From Candidatus Sumerlaeia bacterium (GTDB lineage Bacteria; Sumerlaeota; Sumerlaeia; SLMS01; JANRJK01): a stretch of DNA of 64,000 nt. The position numbers and the translations under genes were made by a program. Below the pieces are notes generated by a model, which saw nothing but the letters and a program-made list of their open reading frames with translations, was not told the origin of the DNA and ran no database searches. Shown one piece after another: positions 51,601 to 60,953 of this stretch (position 1 is the first letter of the stretch; each line of letters begins with the position of its first letter). The stretch lies in assembly GCA_033764015.1 (NCBI GenBank), contig JANRJK010000036.1, positions 160,001-224,000 of the forward strand, written 5' to 3'.

Positions 51601-54034
51601 GGATATCGTCGCCGAGGCCGACGAATCTCTCCTGGGCTCCAGGGGGGGTGAAAGTCGGAAGGTTTGTGGGCGTGAAGTCGCTGGCACCGACGGTCGTGGT
51701 GTCGGCGAGGTAGCGGCCCTCGGGGTTGTAGACGAGGACTTCGTCGCCCGGCTGCGTGTTGGTCGTGGCGCGTGAATCAGCCCAAAGGTAGAGGAAGCCG
51801 CGCTCGTCCCAGAGATCTGCTTCCTCACCTTCGCCGAGGGGAACCTCTTCGGCGGAGAAGGAGTCGATTTCGGTCAGTTCCCCGTCAACGACATCCCAAA
51901 TGGTGAAGCTCTTCACCGGCTCCCAAGCGGGCCCGAGGACCTGTTGCGTGCCGGAGATTTCATCTTCGCCAGGGCGGTAGATCTCGATCGCGGGAATATC
52001 CACGCGGGCGAGTTCGCCGGAGACCGTGACCGTGTAAGGGGTCCAAGGCTCGCCAAGCTCCTCGGCCCGGTAATCGGGCTGCTGCGCGCCGAACTCCCAA
52101 GTCCCGTTCGGCACATCGACCAAGTCCGTCGAGCGGACGCCGTCGGGACGGAACTGGACGGTGTCCTCGGAGAAGGTGTCGCCCGCGGGATACATCGGGT
52201 TCATTGCGTTCACTCGGCCAGAGCCGAAGAATAGATTGTAGTCGTTGATGAAGTTGAGGCCTTTGAAGAATCCGCCCGGTCCAGCGCCGTCGGTGGTGCG
52301 GGCGAGCGCTTGCGACACCGTCGTGACCGTGGTGGCGGTGTCGGGAGTGATCCCCGGACGGATGCCGTCGAGGACCGCGTAGCGGGGGTCCCGGAGCATC
52401 TGGGCGGCCACGCCGGTCACCAGCGCCGTTGAGAACGAGGTCCCGCGGTAAAGCCGCACCTCGGTGTCGTCCTGGGCTTGGATCGCCGAGTAGTTGCCGT
52501 CCGCGTCGAGGCCGCCGAGTTCGGAGCTTGCGCCCTGCGTCCTCCCTTCGATGTCGGGGAAGGCGAAGGGAGCCGTGCTCTGCGACCGGAGGTTGCCCGC
52601 AGAGTCGATCATGGTGGGAGCCGAGGCGGTTGATGAGTCGAAGGGGAGGCCCGGGGCCGCGACGACGTTGCTTTGCTTGATGGATGTGTAGTTCGACGTG
52701 AGGACGCGCTGGCCGAACTCGTTCACCGAAACCACGCCGACGGTATAGGCGCTGGAGGCGGGGAAGTCCAGCCGCGGGTAGCCGGTGTCGCCGCCGGAGG
52801 CGAGGTTCAGCATGCCTAGGTTGCCGCGGCCGGCTTCGGCCGCGAGACGGTAGGCGAGGTCGCGCTCGCCCTCCTGGTCGGCGTCGATCCCGTAACTATG
52901 GTTGCCGAGCGTGACGCCGCGCGTGGTGGCGTCGTTCAAGGAGCCGACTACCCGGGCGGTCGTGGTCGAGAAGTCGGCGGCGAAAATGCGGTAGGTGATG
53001 ACCTTGGCGCCGGGCGCGACGCCGATAAGGCCCACGTTGTTGCGTGCGGCGCCGATGATGCCGGCCATGGCGGTGCCGTGCGCTCCGAACAGCGACGTGG
53101 TCATGTTGGGGAGGCTGTCGCCATCCACGAAGTCGACGCCGAGCGGAGTCGTGAAGAGCGACGGCTGGAGGTCTTCGTGGTCGAGGTCCGTTCCGGAGTC
53201 GAACACGCCGACGATGACGAAGTTGTCGTTGGGCTCGTCGCCGTAGCCGCGGGTTTGCCAGAGGCGGCTCGTGTCGAGGTCCCCGTCCTGGGACGAGAAG
53301 AACGCGTTCCGTCCGTCGGCGTTGTGGTAGTACTGCGTCGGATAGAACTCGTCGCCCGGCGCCGCCGCGGAGGGGCGCCCGTGCGGCGTGCCGCTCTTCG
53401 CGAGGTCCACGCAGCTCGTTTCGAGGAGGTCGGGGTGCGCGGCGGCGAAGCCTTCCGCGCGGGCGAGGATTTCCGGCTCCGGGGTGCTGTCGGGGAACGC
53501 CGCGACGACCACGCCCATGGAAGTTTCGAAGATGGGGGCCAAGCCCTGCTGCGAGAGGAACTCGTCGCGGCGGGATTGCGGGACCTCCGGGCGGAAGCGC
53601 AGCAGGACGCCGCCGGTGGGGACGACTAGACGGCGGGGCTCGTCGATGCCGTCGGCCATCCAGACCCCGCGGAGCGCGGCGACGGGAAGCGTGCCTTCGC
53701 GGGCGGAAAGCGAGGCGGCGACGGACTCCCGGGGGCCCTTCAGCAGCGCCATGCGCCCGGCGGCCATGGTCTTGACGAGCTCGAAGCCGAGCGCTTCCGC
53801 GTCGGCGGAGGCCCTTGCCAGCACTTCGTGTTCGCGGAGCGCGGGATCGTACACCAAGGCGGTGAGCCCGGGGTTCTGCTCAAGGCGGGTGGTGCCGCCC
53901 TCGCCGTTGCGGAGGTCGAAAGCCGTCAACGCCGTGTCGCCCGCGGCGGGCGCGGGAATGGCGTGGATCAGCGTCGCCGCCGCGGCTAGGACGGCGGCGA
54001 GACGCAGTCCGGTGCGGAGTCCGTTTCGTGACAT
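48638..54034 (-). CDS. Large secreted S8 subtilase (~1798 aa) with TolB-like propeller, PT linker and duplicated C-terminal domain
   Basis: GVFDSG (Asp), HGTAMAG (His), GTSFST (Ser); PSFSLDG/PVFDDTG propeller-type motifs; PTPTP linker; start at MSRNGL with GGGGAG RBS. Confidence 0.88.
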   Translation of the reverse strand: MSRNGLRTGLRLAAVLAAAATLIHAIPAPAAGDTALTAFDLRNGEGGTTRLEQNPGLTALVYDPALREHEVLARASADAEALGFELVKTMAAGRMALLKGPRESVAASLSAREGTLPVAALRGVWMADGIDEPRRLVVPTGGVLLRFRPEVPQSRRDEFLSQQGLAPIFETSMGVVVAAFPDSTPEPEILARAEGFAAAHPDLLETSCVDLAKSGTPHGRPSAAAPGDEFYPTQYYHNADGRNAFFSSQDGDLDTSRLWQTRGYGDEPNDNFVIVGVFDSGTDLDHEDLQPSLFTTPLGVDFVDGDSLPNMTTSLFGAHGTAMAGIIGAARNNVGLIGVAPGAKVITYRIFAADFSTTTARVVGSLNDATTRGVTLGNHSYGIDADQEGERDLAYRLAAEAGRGNLGMLNLASGGDTGYPRLDFPASSAYTVGVVSVNEFGQRVLTSNYTSIKQSNVVAAPGLPFDSSTASAPTMIDSAGNLRSQSTAPFAFPDIEGRTQGASSELGGLDADGNYSAIQAQDDTEVRLYRGTSFSTALVTGVAAQMLRDPRYAVLDGIRPGITPDTATTVTTVSQALARTTDGAGPGGFFKGLNFINDYNLFFGSGRVNAMNPMYPAGDTFSEDTVQFRPDGVRSTDLVDVPNGTWEFGAQQPDYRAEELGEPWTPYTVTVSGELARVDIPAIEIYRPGEDEISGTQQVLGPAWEPVKSFTIWDVVDGELTEIDSFSAEEVPLGEGEEADLWDERGFLYLWADSRATTNTQPGDEVLVYNPEGRYLADTTTVGASDFTPTNLPTFTPPGAQERFVGLGDDIPGNAFTSHQQVLVSPTLQAPPAPASAFAIPIWAQIDVGFELGTQNTSLITSRNADFSDLGEAIPQLDEFDTLRFELLGAGASFPVVFTGDTDRDGEAKQVVKGATVSLAVLDDAAIFDDERRFAFWSDDSEDQSGYRPIRGQSDIIIRRFNVFLGFVPPGAPFNVSMTFTPNSSYLPTYELEIPEDDSTPPAGPREGLIPHLGAAEDQPATLIQRHRFDYQGYQFAGLKLRTLPNRQALYDFFFPLTHRLASSGSRPNWTLSTGELLYSSASASRGGTFLDTISSAPVLPTRRIAPFGSGASAQANTTRRPLLELATGSSAVTGLRAHPFLSLLATTREDGTLTFSDDDAFGSVPFASASFTSASDPSFSLDGLTMALVADGGIWALYSETFDTFPTAFPANVLNSTNMPFLDRYESPVFDDTGTTIVFTAARGESQVDLYAVNAVTGRIYPPHPTNFPFPLLPFANPILLGADSTPEGFSFWALSDERDAFLAAGGELLFFVSNRVSPVDASLSANYQIYVITNLRGVIERGERAQIAHLPPALLALPAGTSYTSFRFPTLDASNTILSFVANPDANGVGDVVWTFLPALPDPVDVDPTPTPNTTPTPVRTPEPTPTPRPDDQVSLVGEFSFGAPTGWQFGTAAPELNPALGSTTGGALNITSNDTAGELNCFGFFTSPAKAFAPNSSDRYYLYRTYLRANASALDKTPTIRSRINSGDFQLAYTSEINSLGNFSEVPGSSDADRRAIDIVFKAPADFFTGVIEQERNFRLSIDLLNFLQDDDRFGSISLDRVEIYALGADTLSPVSTIYQSELNGASDQNGWVFGNAEPVIDTMIGTADSSGLRIAATANDNNFGFWSTQAGFVVGPSFSEFPAVVRLTARIRSANTGSPLLNPDIRLRVNTEDFSRNSVAVISSTGNGAMQPVGSEVLELSTYLVLRAQPSTPNFILSFDGLAFDRSSVTPQPIILDSVTFEEVRIAGYPALTP

Positions 54035-54195
54035 GCAGTTGCTCCCCCAAGCGGGTAGGCCCGTGGAATGGTGCTCAGCGTTGGTGAGGTCGCTTCGAGT
54101 CATCACGCCATCGTTGGCGCCATTGCCTTGAGAATGCCTTGAGGCTTCCCGCGCGCGCCACTCGTCGCAAGGCTTTTCCCCCTCGGGCGTAGGGT

Positions 54196-57054
54196 ATGCA
54201 GGGACCGGCGGACGCCGCTCGCCATTCCAGGGTCCGGGACCTGACGACACTGAGCATCGACTTTCGCCCCACGCCGCCCGACCGTCCGGCGGTTCCAAGC
54301 GTTTCCTCCGCCGAGCGAGGTTCCCCGGCGCTCCTCTTCCTCGGACTCGCCGGGTTGGAGTTGCTGCGGCTCTTCCGTAGCGCCCGCTGGCGCGGGCTGG
54401 CGCTTGCGAGCGCGGGGCTCGCCGCGGCCTTTTCTTGGGCCGGGTCCTTCGGCGAGGGGGCGTCCGTGTTCGCGCCCGGCGGCCCGGTCGGCTTGATTGG
54501 GGCGTGCCTCGTCGGACTGCTCGCGGGGCTTGTGTTCGGTGTGGATGCGGTCGGCGCGCGGGACCGGCACCGGGCGGAGCGGCTCTTGGAGTCGCGCCTC
54601 TTGCAGCCGCTGTTGTTCACCGGCGCCCAGTGGTTGGCGGCGCTGGTGGGGCTGGCGGCCCCCATCGCACTCTATCTGTTGTGGCAGACCGCCGGCGCTT
54701 GGCGCGGGGGGTTGGAGGTCCTGTGGACGCCGCCGCTGGTCTTCCTTTTCGCCGTCGCGCTCCCCTTGGCGGGTTGCGGCGTGGCGGCGGGGATCATGGC
54801 GCGCTGCCTGGTCCGCAGCGACGTGGCCTCGGTCGGGATCGCGGCGGCGGCGGTGCTTCCCGCGGTGTGGTTCCGCCTCGAGGTCTCCGAACCATTGTCA
54901 TTGATGTCCCGATCCAGCCTCGAACTGGGGCTGCTGGAGCCGGCGGGGCGGATCTGGGCCGACGCGGTGGTCGCTTGGGGTTGCGCGCTTTGGCCGCTTG
55001 GGGTGGCGGGGTTGCTTCTGCCGCGGTGGCGGGGACGGACGCCGGTGGCGGGCGGGTCGCTCGGACGCCTTTCCCGGTTGGCGACGGTGCGCCGCGTCGG
55101 TTCGGCGCTGGGGCGCATTCCGAAGTCCCGCGGGGCGGTTGGGCTTGCGGTGTCGCTCGTTCTGATGGCGGCGGGGGGCGAAGCGGCGCGCCGCGCGGCG
55201 ACGTCTCCGCGCTTCCGCCCCGAAAGCCCGATCGACTGGGCGCGGCTGCGGCAGCCGGACGGCGCGCAGAACGGGCGTGTGCATGCGGCGACGATCCTCG
55301 AACGCGAGATCACGCTGGCGGACAACCCTCGCGACGCCTTCGAGGTGCGCCTCGCGCTGCGAGGAACGGTTCCCGGGCAGCGCGTCGCGGCGTTGACGTT
55401 CGGGCCGGGACACCGGCTGGCCGCGCTTCGCGTGGAAACAGGTTCGGTCGGCATCTTCGCGGAGCAAGGTGGTGGAGCCCCCGACTATTGGTTCCTCAGC
55501 TTTGATCCACCGTTGGAGCCGGATTCAGAGCGCTTCCTGGTCGCGCAGGTGCGCGCGACTTCCGCGGGGATGCGGCGCTGGGAGCGCGCCTACCATCCGG
55601 CTTTCCGCAGTTTCGCGGGGACGCCGGACTGGTGGGGCGAGTCGCCGGAGCTGCTGTTCCCGTTCCAGGAGGCGAGGCTCGTCCGGCAAGCGGCTCCCTT
55701 CGCGATCAACCTGCCGGAGGCGCCGGGGCTCCGCTGGGTGGCGGGCAACGCGACGCCCGGACCCGGCGCGCGCGGCGGGCGCTTGGTGCAGGAGCGTCCC
55801 GGCACCCCGGCGTCGCTGGTCGCCGCCGCGCTGTCGGAGTGGCCCGGTCCCGAGGGTGCGCTGCCGACGCGCTGGCTGCTGCAGCCGCACCGCGGGGAGT
55901 TGGGGGCGAAGCTGAACACCGTTTACGGCGAGCAGCTCCGCCGCCTGACGCGGACCTTCGGGGTCGACGTGCCGGGGTTGGTGTTCTACGAAGTGCCCGA
56001 GCAGTCCTCCGTGGATCCGCTGGCGCTGCCGTCGCCGCTGCTGGACCAGATGGAGGCGATGCTGCCGATGTACGACCACTGGCAGGCGCCGAGCGCGGCG
56101 CGGTTCGACGCGTCGTTCGCGGCGGCGCACCGCCGCGCGGTGCGCGAGTTGGTTTCCGGAGGCTGGGAGGGCTTCGAGGACCCGGCGCTGCTCCGCGACG
56201 CGATGACGGAATATCTACATAGCTATGCGTTGGGGGGCGGCGGCTACAGCGGCCTGCTCAACCGCGCGCGCCGGGATGTGGCGTTCGTGCCCTGGCCGAT
56301 ATTGCGGAGCGACCGGCGGGCGGCGGAGACGCGGAGCCGCATCGGGTTCGGCGGCGGCGGCCAGCGCGGCGGGCGCGGTGGCTGGGGGCAGAAGCCGCAG
56401 CAGGACACGCGGCCGAAGGTGGCGCTCGGCTACGACCCGTTCCAAGTGCGCGAGTCGGACGCGGCGCGGTTCCTCGGGCCGCTTGATCCGGCGCTCCGTC
56501 CCGACAGCATGGCGGAGCCGGGGGAACGCCGCCGGCTCGCGTTCATCCACATGCTGCGGGGCTTCCTGGGAGAGGACCGGTTCGAGCGGTTCATCCGCGA
56601 AACCTACGGCGCCGGGGGCGGCGGGACGCTGACCATGGCGCGCTTCCGCGAGCTGGCGGAGCGCCACTCGCCGGAGCCGCTGGGGTGGCTGTTCGACCAG
56701 TTCCACCGCGACGGCGCGCTGCCGCGGCTGCGCGTGATCGAGTTGCAGTGCTTCCTGGCGGACAATCCGGAGACGCGGGTGCTGGAGTACCGCACCCGGG
56801 TCGAGGTGGCGAATCTCGGCACCGGGCTGGTGCCGGTGCCCTACGAGCTTTCCGCGGACAAGGACGCGGTGCGCGGGACGGTTTGGCTTGGGCCGGGTGA
56901 GCGGCGGGAGCTGAACATCACCACGCTGGACCGGCCGCAGCAGTTCGCGCTGGATCCGGAGTCGTGGCTGCTCAACCAGCCGGAGTTCGCGCCCGGCGAC
57001 CAGTCGGTGATCCGGCCCCAAGTGGTGATCAAGTCGGTCACAGAGCTGAAGTAG
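54196..57054 (+). CDS. ABC-2 permease-like membrane domain fused to degenerate M1 aminopeptidase-like domain
   Basis: About 6-7 N-terminal TM helices; HMLRGFLGEDRF...LGWLFDQF...LP resembles the M1 C-terminal part; LDPESWL end; start uncertain. Confidence 0.65.
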   Translation: MQGPADAARHSRVRDLTTLSIDFRPTPPDRPAVPSVSSAERGSPALLFLGLAGLELLRLFRSARWRGLALASAGLAAAFSWAGSFGEGASVFAPGGPVGLIGACLVGLLAGLVFGVDAVGARDRHRAERLLESRLLQPLLFTGAQWLAALVGLAAPIALYLLWQTAGAWRGGLEVLWTPPLVFLFAVALPLAGCGVAAGIMARCLVRSDVASVGIAAAAVLPAVWFRLEVSEPLSLMSRSSLELGLLEPAGRIWADAVVAWGCALWPLGVAGLLLPRWRGRTPVAGGSLGRLSRLATVRRVGSALGRIPKSRGAVGLAVSLVLMAAGGEAARRAATSPRFRPESPIDWARLRQPDGAQNGRVHAATILEREITLADNPRDAFEVRLALRGTVPGQRVAALTFGPGHRLAALRVETGSVGIFAEQGGGAPDYWFLSFDPPLEPDSERFLVAQVRATSAGMRRWERAYHPAFRSFAGTPDWWGESPELLFPFQEARLVRQAAPFAINLPEAPGLRWVAGNATPGPGARGGRLVQERPGTPASLVAAALSEWPGPEGALPTRWLLQPHRGELGAKLNTVYGEQLRRLTRTFGVDVPGLVFYEVPEQSSVDPLALPSPLLDQMEAMLPMYDHWQAPSAARFDASFAAAHRRAVRELVSGGWEGFEDPALLRDAMTEYLHSYALGGGGYSGLLNRARRDVAFVPWPILRSDRRAAETRSRIGFGGGGQRGGRGGWGQKPQQDTRPKVALGYDPFQVRESDAARFLGPLDPALRPDSMAEPGERRRLAFIHMLRGFLGEDRFERFIRETYGAGGGGTLTMARFRELAERHSPEPLGWLFDQFHRDGALPRLRVIELQCFLADNPETRVLEYRTRVEVANLGTGLVPVPYELSADKDAVRGTVWLGPGERRELNITTLDRPQQFALDPESWLLNQPEFAPGDQSVIRPQVVIKSVTELK

Positions 57055-57163
57055 CGCGGGCTCCGGCGCAAAAGAGCGTTGCGGGCGGAGCGGGCTCCCG
57101 GTTGGCTTTCATCGATAACTCTTTGATTCTTCCTCCCACGCCGCCGCGGAGCACGCCCTCCCC

Positions 57164-59290
57164 TTGGACAAGAACCTCGTCGATATCCTATGGGTCGCCG
57201 TCTGCTCGACCCTTGTGTTCGCAATGCAAGCCGGCTTCCTGTGCCTCGAGACTGGGCTGTGCCGATCCAAGAACTTCATCAACGTCGCGATCAAGAACCT
57301 GATCGATGCGGGCATTTGCGTGCTCATCTTCTGGGCCGTCGGCTATGCGTTCATGTTCGGGACGTCGGCGAACGGCATCATTGGCTTATCGGGCTGGTTC
57401 CAGGATCTGAACGGGAACGACCTTTGGAAGGCGACGTTCTTCGTCTACCAGACGATGTTCTGCTCGACGGCGGTGACGATCCTGTCGGGGGCGGTGGCGG
57501 AGCGGATGCGGATCGGCGCGTACTGCGCGTCGGTGGTGGTGATTTCGGCGCTGATCTATCCGGTCTTCGGGCACTGGGTGTGGAGCGGCGCGCTAACGGA
57601 GGAGTACACCGGGTGGCTGGGCCGACTCGGTTTCGTGGACTTCGCGGGGTCCAGCGTGGTCCACAGCCTGGGAGGCTGGATTTCGCTGGCTGCGCTGCTC
57701 CATATCGGCCCGCGGACCGGCCGATTCCCGAAGGACGGGCCGCCGCGCGAGATTCCCGGCGCCAATGTTCCGTTCGCAGTGCTCGGCTGCATGATCCTTT
57801 GGATCGGCTGGATCGGCTTCAACGGCGGCAGCACCTTCGCCTTCAACCTATTGGTGCCGAAGATCATCGCGAACACGTTGTTGGGGGGGTGCGCCGGTAT
57901 GGTGGCGTGCCTGATCTGGTCCGGTATGATGGGGAGGCACATCCGGGTGGACTGGGCGATGAACGGTGTGCTTGCGGGCTGCGTGTCGATTACAGCGGGC
58001 TGCCATGCGTTTACGACTCCGCTGGCGGTGCTGGTCGGCGCGGTGGGGGGAATCCTCGCGATGGTCGGCGTGGACCTGCTGGAGCGGCGGCGCATCGACG
58101 ACGCGGTCAGCGCTGTACCGGTCCACTTGATGGCGGGCGTGTGGGGCACACTGGCGGTGGGCTTGTTCGGCGACGTGGAACTGCTCGGTACGGGCCTGAC
58201 GCGGGGACGGCAGATCCTGGCGCAGCTCACCGGTATCGCGGCGGTGGGGGTATGGGCGTTCACGCTGGGCTGGCTGATGTACTTCGTGATGAAGAAGATC
58301 ACGCGCATCCGTGTGACGCCGGAGGAGGAGCGCGTTGGGTTGAACGTCTCCGAGCACGGTGCGCAGACCGAGACGCTCGATTTCTTCCTCGTGATGGACG
58401 AGCAGGCGCGAACGGGGAACCTGTCGCTGCGCGTGCCGGAGGAGCCGTTCACCGAAGTGGGCATGATTGCGGCGCGCTACAACGAGGTCATGTCGAACCT
58501 GGAGCGCATGGTGGCCCGAACGGAGGCGATCGTGAAGTCCTCGATGGATGCGATCCTTGTGGTCGAGCGGGACAGCGGCGTCCTGGCGTCGGTCAACCCG
58601 GCGGGCCTTGAACTGCTGCGCCGGAAGGAAGGGGAACTGGAAGGGACCCCGCTGACCCGCTCGATCCGGCTGGAGTCGGATGCGGCGGACAGCGAGGCGA
58701 TGGGGTTGCTGGAGCGCCTCGGCGAACTCGCGGAGTCGCGGCAGCGCGTTGCGCAAGTGCTGACTCGGCCAGACGGCACGCAAGTGCCCGTGGAAACGGC
58801 GGCCACGCTATCGGAAGTGCAGGGAGCGCGGTTCTACACTGTAACGCTGTCGGACATTTCCGAGCGGCGCGACGCGGAGGAGAAGCTGCGCGCGGGTCGG
58901 CGCGAGAAGGACGCGATCTTCGAGGCGGTTTCCGAGGGTGTTTTCATCATCGACGAGTCGGGGCGCATCAGCGAGGCGAACCCGTCGGCGATGCACTTGT
59001 TCCGGTCGTCGATGGAGGCGCTGCGCGGACGGTTCCTTTGGGACATCGTGTTTCCGGAGCGGCTGCGCGAGCGGGTGCGCTACGGGGTGGCGCGGCTGGT
59101 GGCGAACCCCCGGGACCCGGTGCTGGGGAAGCCGATCCGGACCAGTTGCACGCACCAGCGCGAGGAGCTGCCGGTGGAGATCGTGTTCCGGCGCATCCAG
59201 ACCGACATGACTGTCGGGCTGGTGGTGCTTATCCGCCCGATGGGAGCGACGCTGTCGCGGGGGACGGCATTGGAATCGCTGCCGTTCTGA
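57164..59290 (+). CDS. amt: Ammonium transporter (Amt) fused to two PAS domains
   Basis: MQAGF..LETG, SGAVAER, DFAGSSVVH, GFNGGS, IDDAV..VPVH; two PAS-like repeats (DAILVV...VNPA; EGVFIID...ANPSA). Confidence 0.92.
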   Translation: MDKNLVDILWVAVCSTLVFAMQAGFLCLETGLCRSKNFINVAIKNLIDAGICVLIFWAVGYAFMFGTSANGIIGLSGWFQDLNGNDLWKATFFVYQTMFCSTAVTILSGAVAERMRIGAYCASVVVISALIYPVFGHWVWSGALTEEYTGWLGRLGFVDFAGSSVVHSLGGWISLAALLHIGPRTGRFPKDGPPREIPGANVPFAVLGCMILWIGWIGFNGGSTFAFNLLVPKIIANTLLGGCAGMVACLIWSGMMGRHIRVDWAMNGVLAGCVSITAGCHAFTTPLAVLVGAVGGILAMVGVDLLERRRIDDAVSAVPVHLMAGVWGTLAVGLFGDVELLGTGLTRGRQILAQLTGIAAVGVWAFTLGWLMYFVMKKITRIRVTPEEERVGLNVSEHGAQTETLDFFLVMDEQARTGNLSLRVPEEPFTEVGMIAARYNEVMSNLERMVARTEAIVKSSMDAILVVERDSGVLASVNPAGLELLRRKEGELEGTPLTRSIRLESDAADSEAMGLLERLGELAESRQRVAQVLTRPDGTQVPVETAATLSEVQGARFYTVTLSDISERRDAEEKLRAGRREKDAIFEAVSEGVFIIDESGRISEANPSAMHLFRSSMEALRGRFLWDIVFPERLRERVRYGVARLVANPRDPVLGKPIRTSCTHQREELPVEIVFRRIQTDMTVGLVVLIRPMGATLSRGTALESLPF

Positions 59291-60953
59291 CGCTTGGACC
59301 GCGGGGCGTGTGGGATTCCCGGTTCAGTTCTTCGACGCTCGGAATGCCGGTGAAGAGGACAGGCGTGGTGTCGCGGCGCCCGGCGGGCGACAAAGTGCGC
59401 AGATTCGCGGCGCGGCTGCGGTCAAGCCCCCAGAGGGCGGTCACGATGAGCAGCACGAGGAGGATCGCGGCGGCGAGCATGGAGACTTGGCGCTGCCGCT
59501 CGCGGTGGGCGAGCCACTCGATATGGCGCTCAACCCGCGTGTGCGACTCGGCCTTGGTGTTTTCGTCGTCGAACTTGTCGGCGTACTGGCGCGCGAGGAT
59601 GGTCTCGTTGTGCGACAGGGCGACGTCGAAGTAGGACTTAACGAGCCAGCGGCGGAGTTCCGGGACGGCGGGGTTCTCGCGGGAGAGCTCGCCGGCGCGC
59701 TCCACCAGGCGTTCGATCTCGGAGAGCAGGGCGTAGGTGCGCGGGTCGCCGGAGAGCAGCTCCCGCGCGCGGTCCGTGAGTTCGACGGATTCGCGGCTCT
59801 TGCCGAACCCGGTCATGAAGGCTTGGAGCTCGGCGAGGAACTCGGAGGCGGAGTGGTGCCGCTTCCAGGAGTCGCGGGAGAGAGCCTTCATGCAGATGCG
59901 GGAGAGTTCGGGTGGGATGCGTCGGCCGTCCTCGACGCGCGCCTCCGGGGTCTGGGGCGCGGCCTCGGCGGCCTGCTTGAGCACCTTGGCGGCGGTCTTC
60001 CCCTGGTAGGGCGGCGTGTCGGTGAGGATGTTGTAGAGGATACCGCCGAGCAGGAAGACGTCCGTCCAGGGGCCGAGCTTCTCCGAGGTCTGGAGGGTTT
60101 GTTCGGGCGCCATGTAGGCGGGGGTGCCGGCGGGATTGCCCGCGCGGGCCAGCGGCACGGGGCGGTGGCCGTCGGCGAAGTAGGCGTCGCTGGTGGGCTG
60201 CTGCGGATCGACGAAGAGGCAGGCCAGGCCCCAGTCCATCAGGAGCACTTCGCCGAACTCGCCGACCATCACCTGCGACGGTTTGAGGTCGCGGTGGAGC
60301 ACGCCTCGGGAGTGGGCGAAGGCGACGGCCTGGCAAACGTCGACGAGGACCGGCAGGTGGCGGGCCAAGCGCTGCGCGAAGGGCAGCTCGCGGTCCACCT
60401 TGAGCATCACGTCCCAGGAGGTGCCGCGGACCAGCTTCATGGCGAGCATCGGCTCGCCGTCGCTATCGAGCGTGAGGTCGTACACCGGGACGATGTTCGG
60501 ATGGTCGAGGACGGCGGTGATGAGCGCCTCGCTCTTGAAGCTCTTGGTGAGGTTCTCGTTGATGCTTCCTTCGCCGTTCAGGGAGCTGGAGCCACTCTTG
60601 TCGCCCTTGATCTTCTTCACGGCGACGCGGCGTCCGAGGGACTTCTGGGTGGCTTCCCAGACCTCGCCGTAGCCGCCTTTGCCGACCACGCGCTGCAGTT
60701 CGAAGGGGGTGCCTTCGACTTTGAAGAGCTCCGTGAGCTTCTCGTCGCGGGCGTAGCGTTGCGAGGTTTCGGACCCTCGGTTGACCTGGCTGGTCGCCTC
60801 GACGTCGTCGGAGGCGTCCGAGGGCGGAGCGACCGAGAGCGTGAGCTTTTCCGGGTTGAAGGTGTCGCCCGGATCGGCGGTCGCGAGGGTTTCCTCGAAG
60901 AGTCGGTCTCGGTCTGAATGGGGAGCGGGCATGGGGGGATTCGGGCTTGGCAT
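59229..60953 (-). CDS. Hanks-type Ser/Thr kinase with single C-terminal TM
   Basis: GKGGYG, VAVK, HRDLKPSQ, DWG, GTPAYMAPEQ; start uncertain; 3' end overlaps amt by 62 nt. Confidence 0.9.
   Translation of the reverse strand: MPSPNPPMPAPHSDRDRLFEETLATADPGDTFNPEKLTLSVAPPSDASDDVEATSQVNRGSETSQRYARDEKLTELFKVEGTPFELQRVVGKGGYGEVWEATQKSLGRRVAVKKIKGDKSGSSSLNGEGSINENLTKSFKSEALITAVLDHPNIVPVYDLTLDSDGEPMLAMKLVRGTSWDVMLKVDRELPFAQRLARHLPVLVDVCQAVAFAHSRGVLHRDLKPSQVMVGEFGEVLLMDWGLACLFVDPQQPTSDAYFADGHRPVPLARAGNPAGTPAYMAPEQTLQTSEKLGPWTDVFLLGGILYNILTDTPPYQGKTAAKVLKQAAEAAPQTPEARVEDGRRIPPELSRICMKALSRDSWKRHHSASEFLAELQAFMTGFGKSRESVELTDRARELLSGDPRTYALLSEIERLVERAGELSRENPAVPELRRWLVKSYFDVALSHNETILARQYADKFDDENTKAESHTRVERHIEWLAHRERQRQVSMLAAAILLVLLIVTALWGLDRSRAANLRTLSPAGRRDTTPVLFTGIPSVEELNRESHTPRGPSVRTAAIPMPSPATASLPSGG

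Noticed and set aside
54035..54298. N-terminal 88-aa extension of the subtilase in the ORF track
   Set aside because: The RBS and signal peptide fit the ATG at 54034; the extension would overlap the divergent gene
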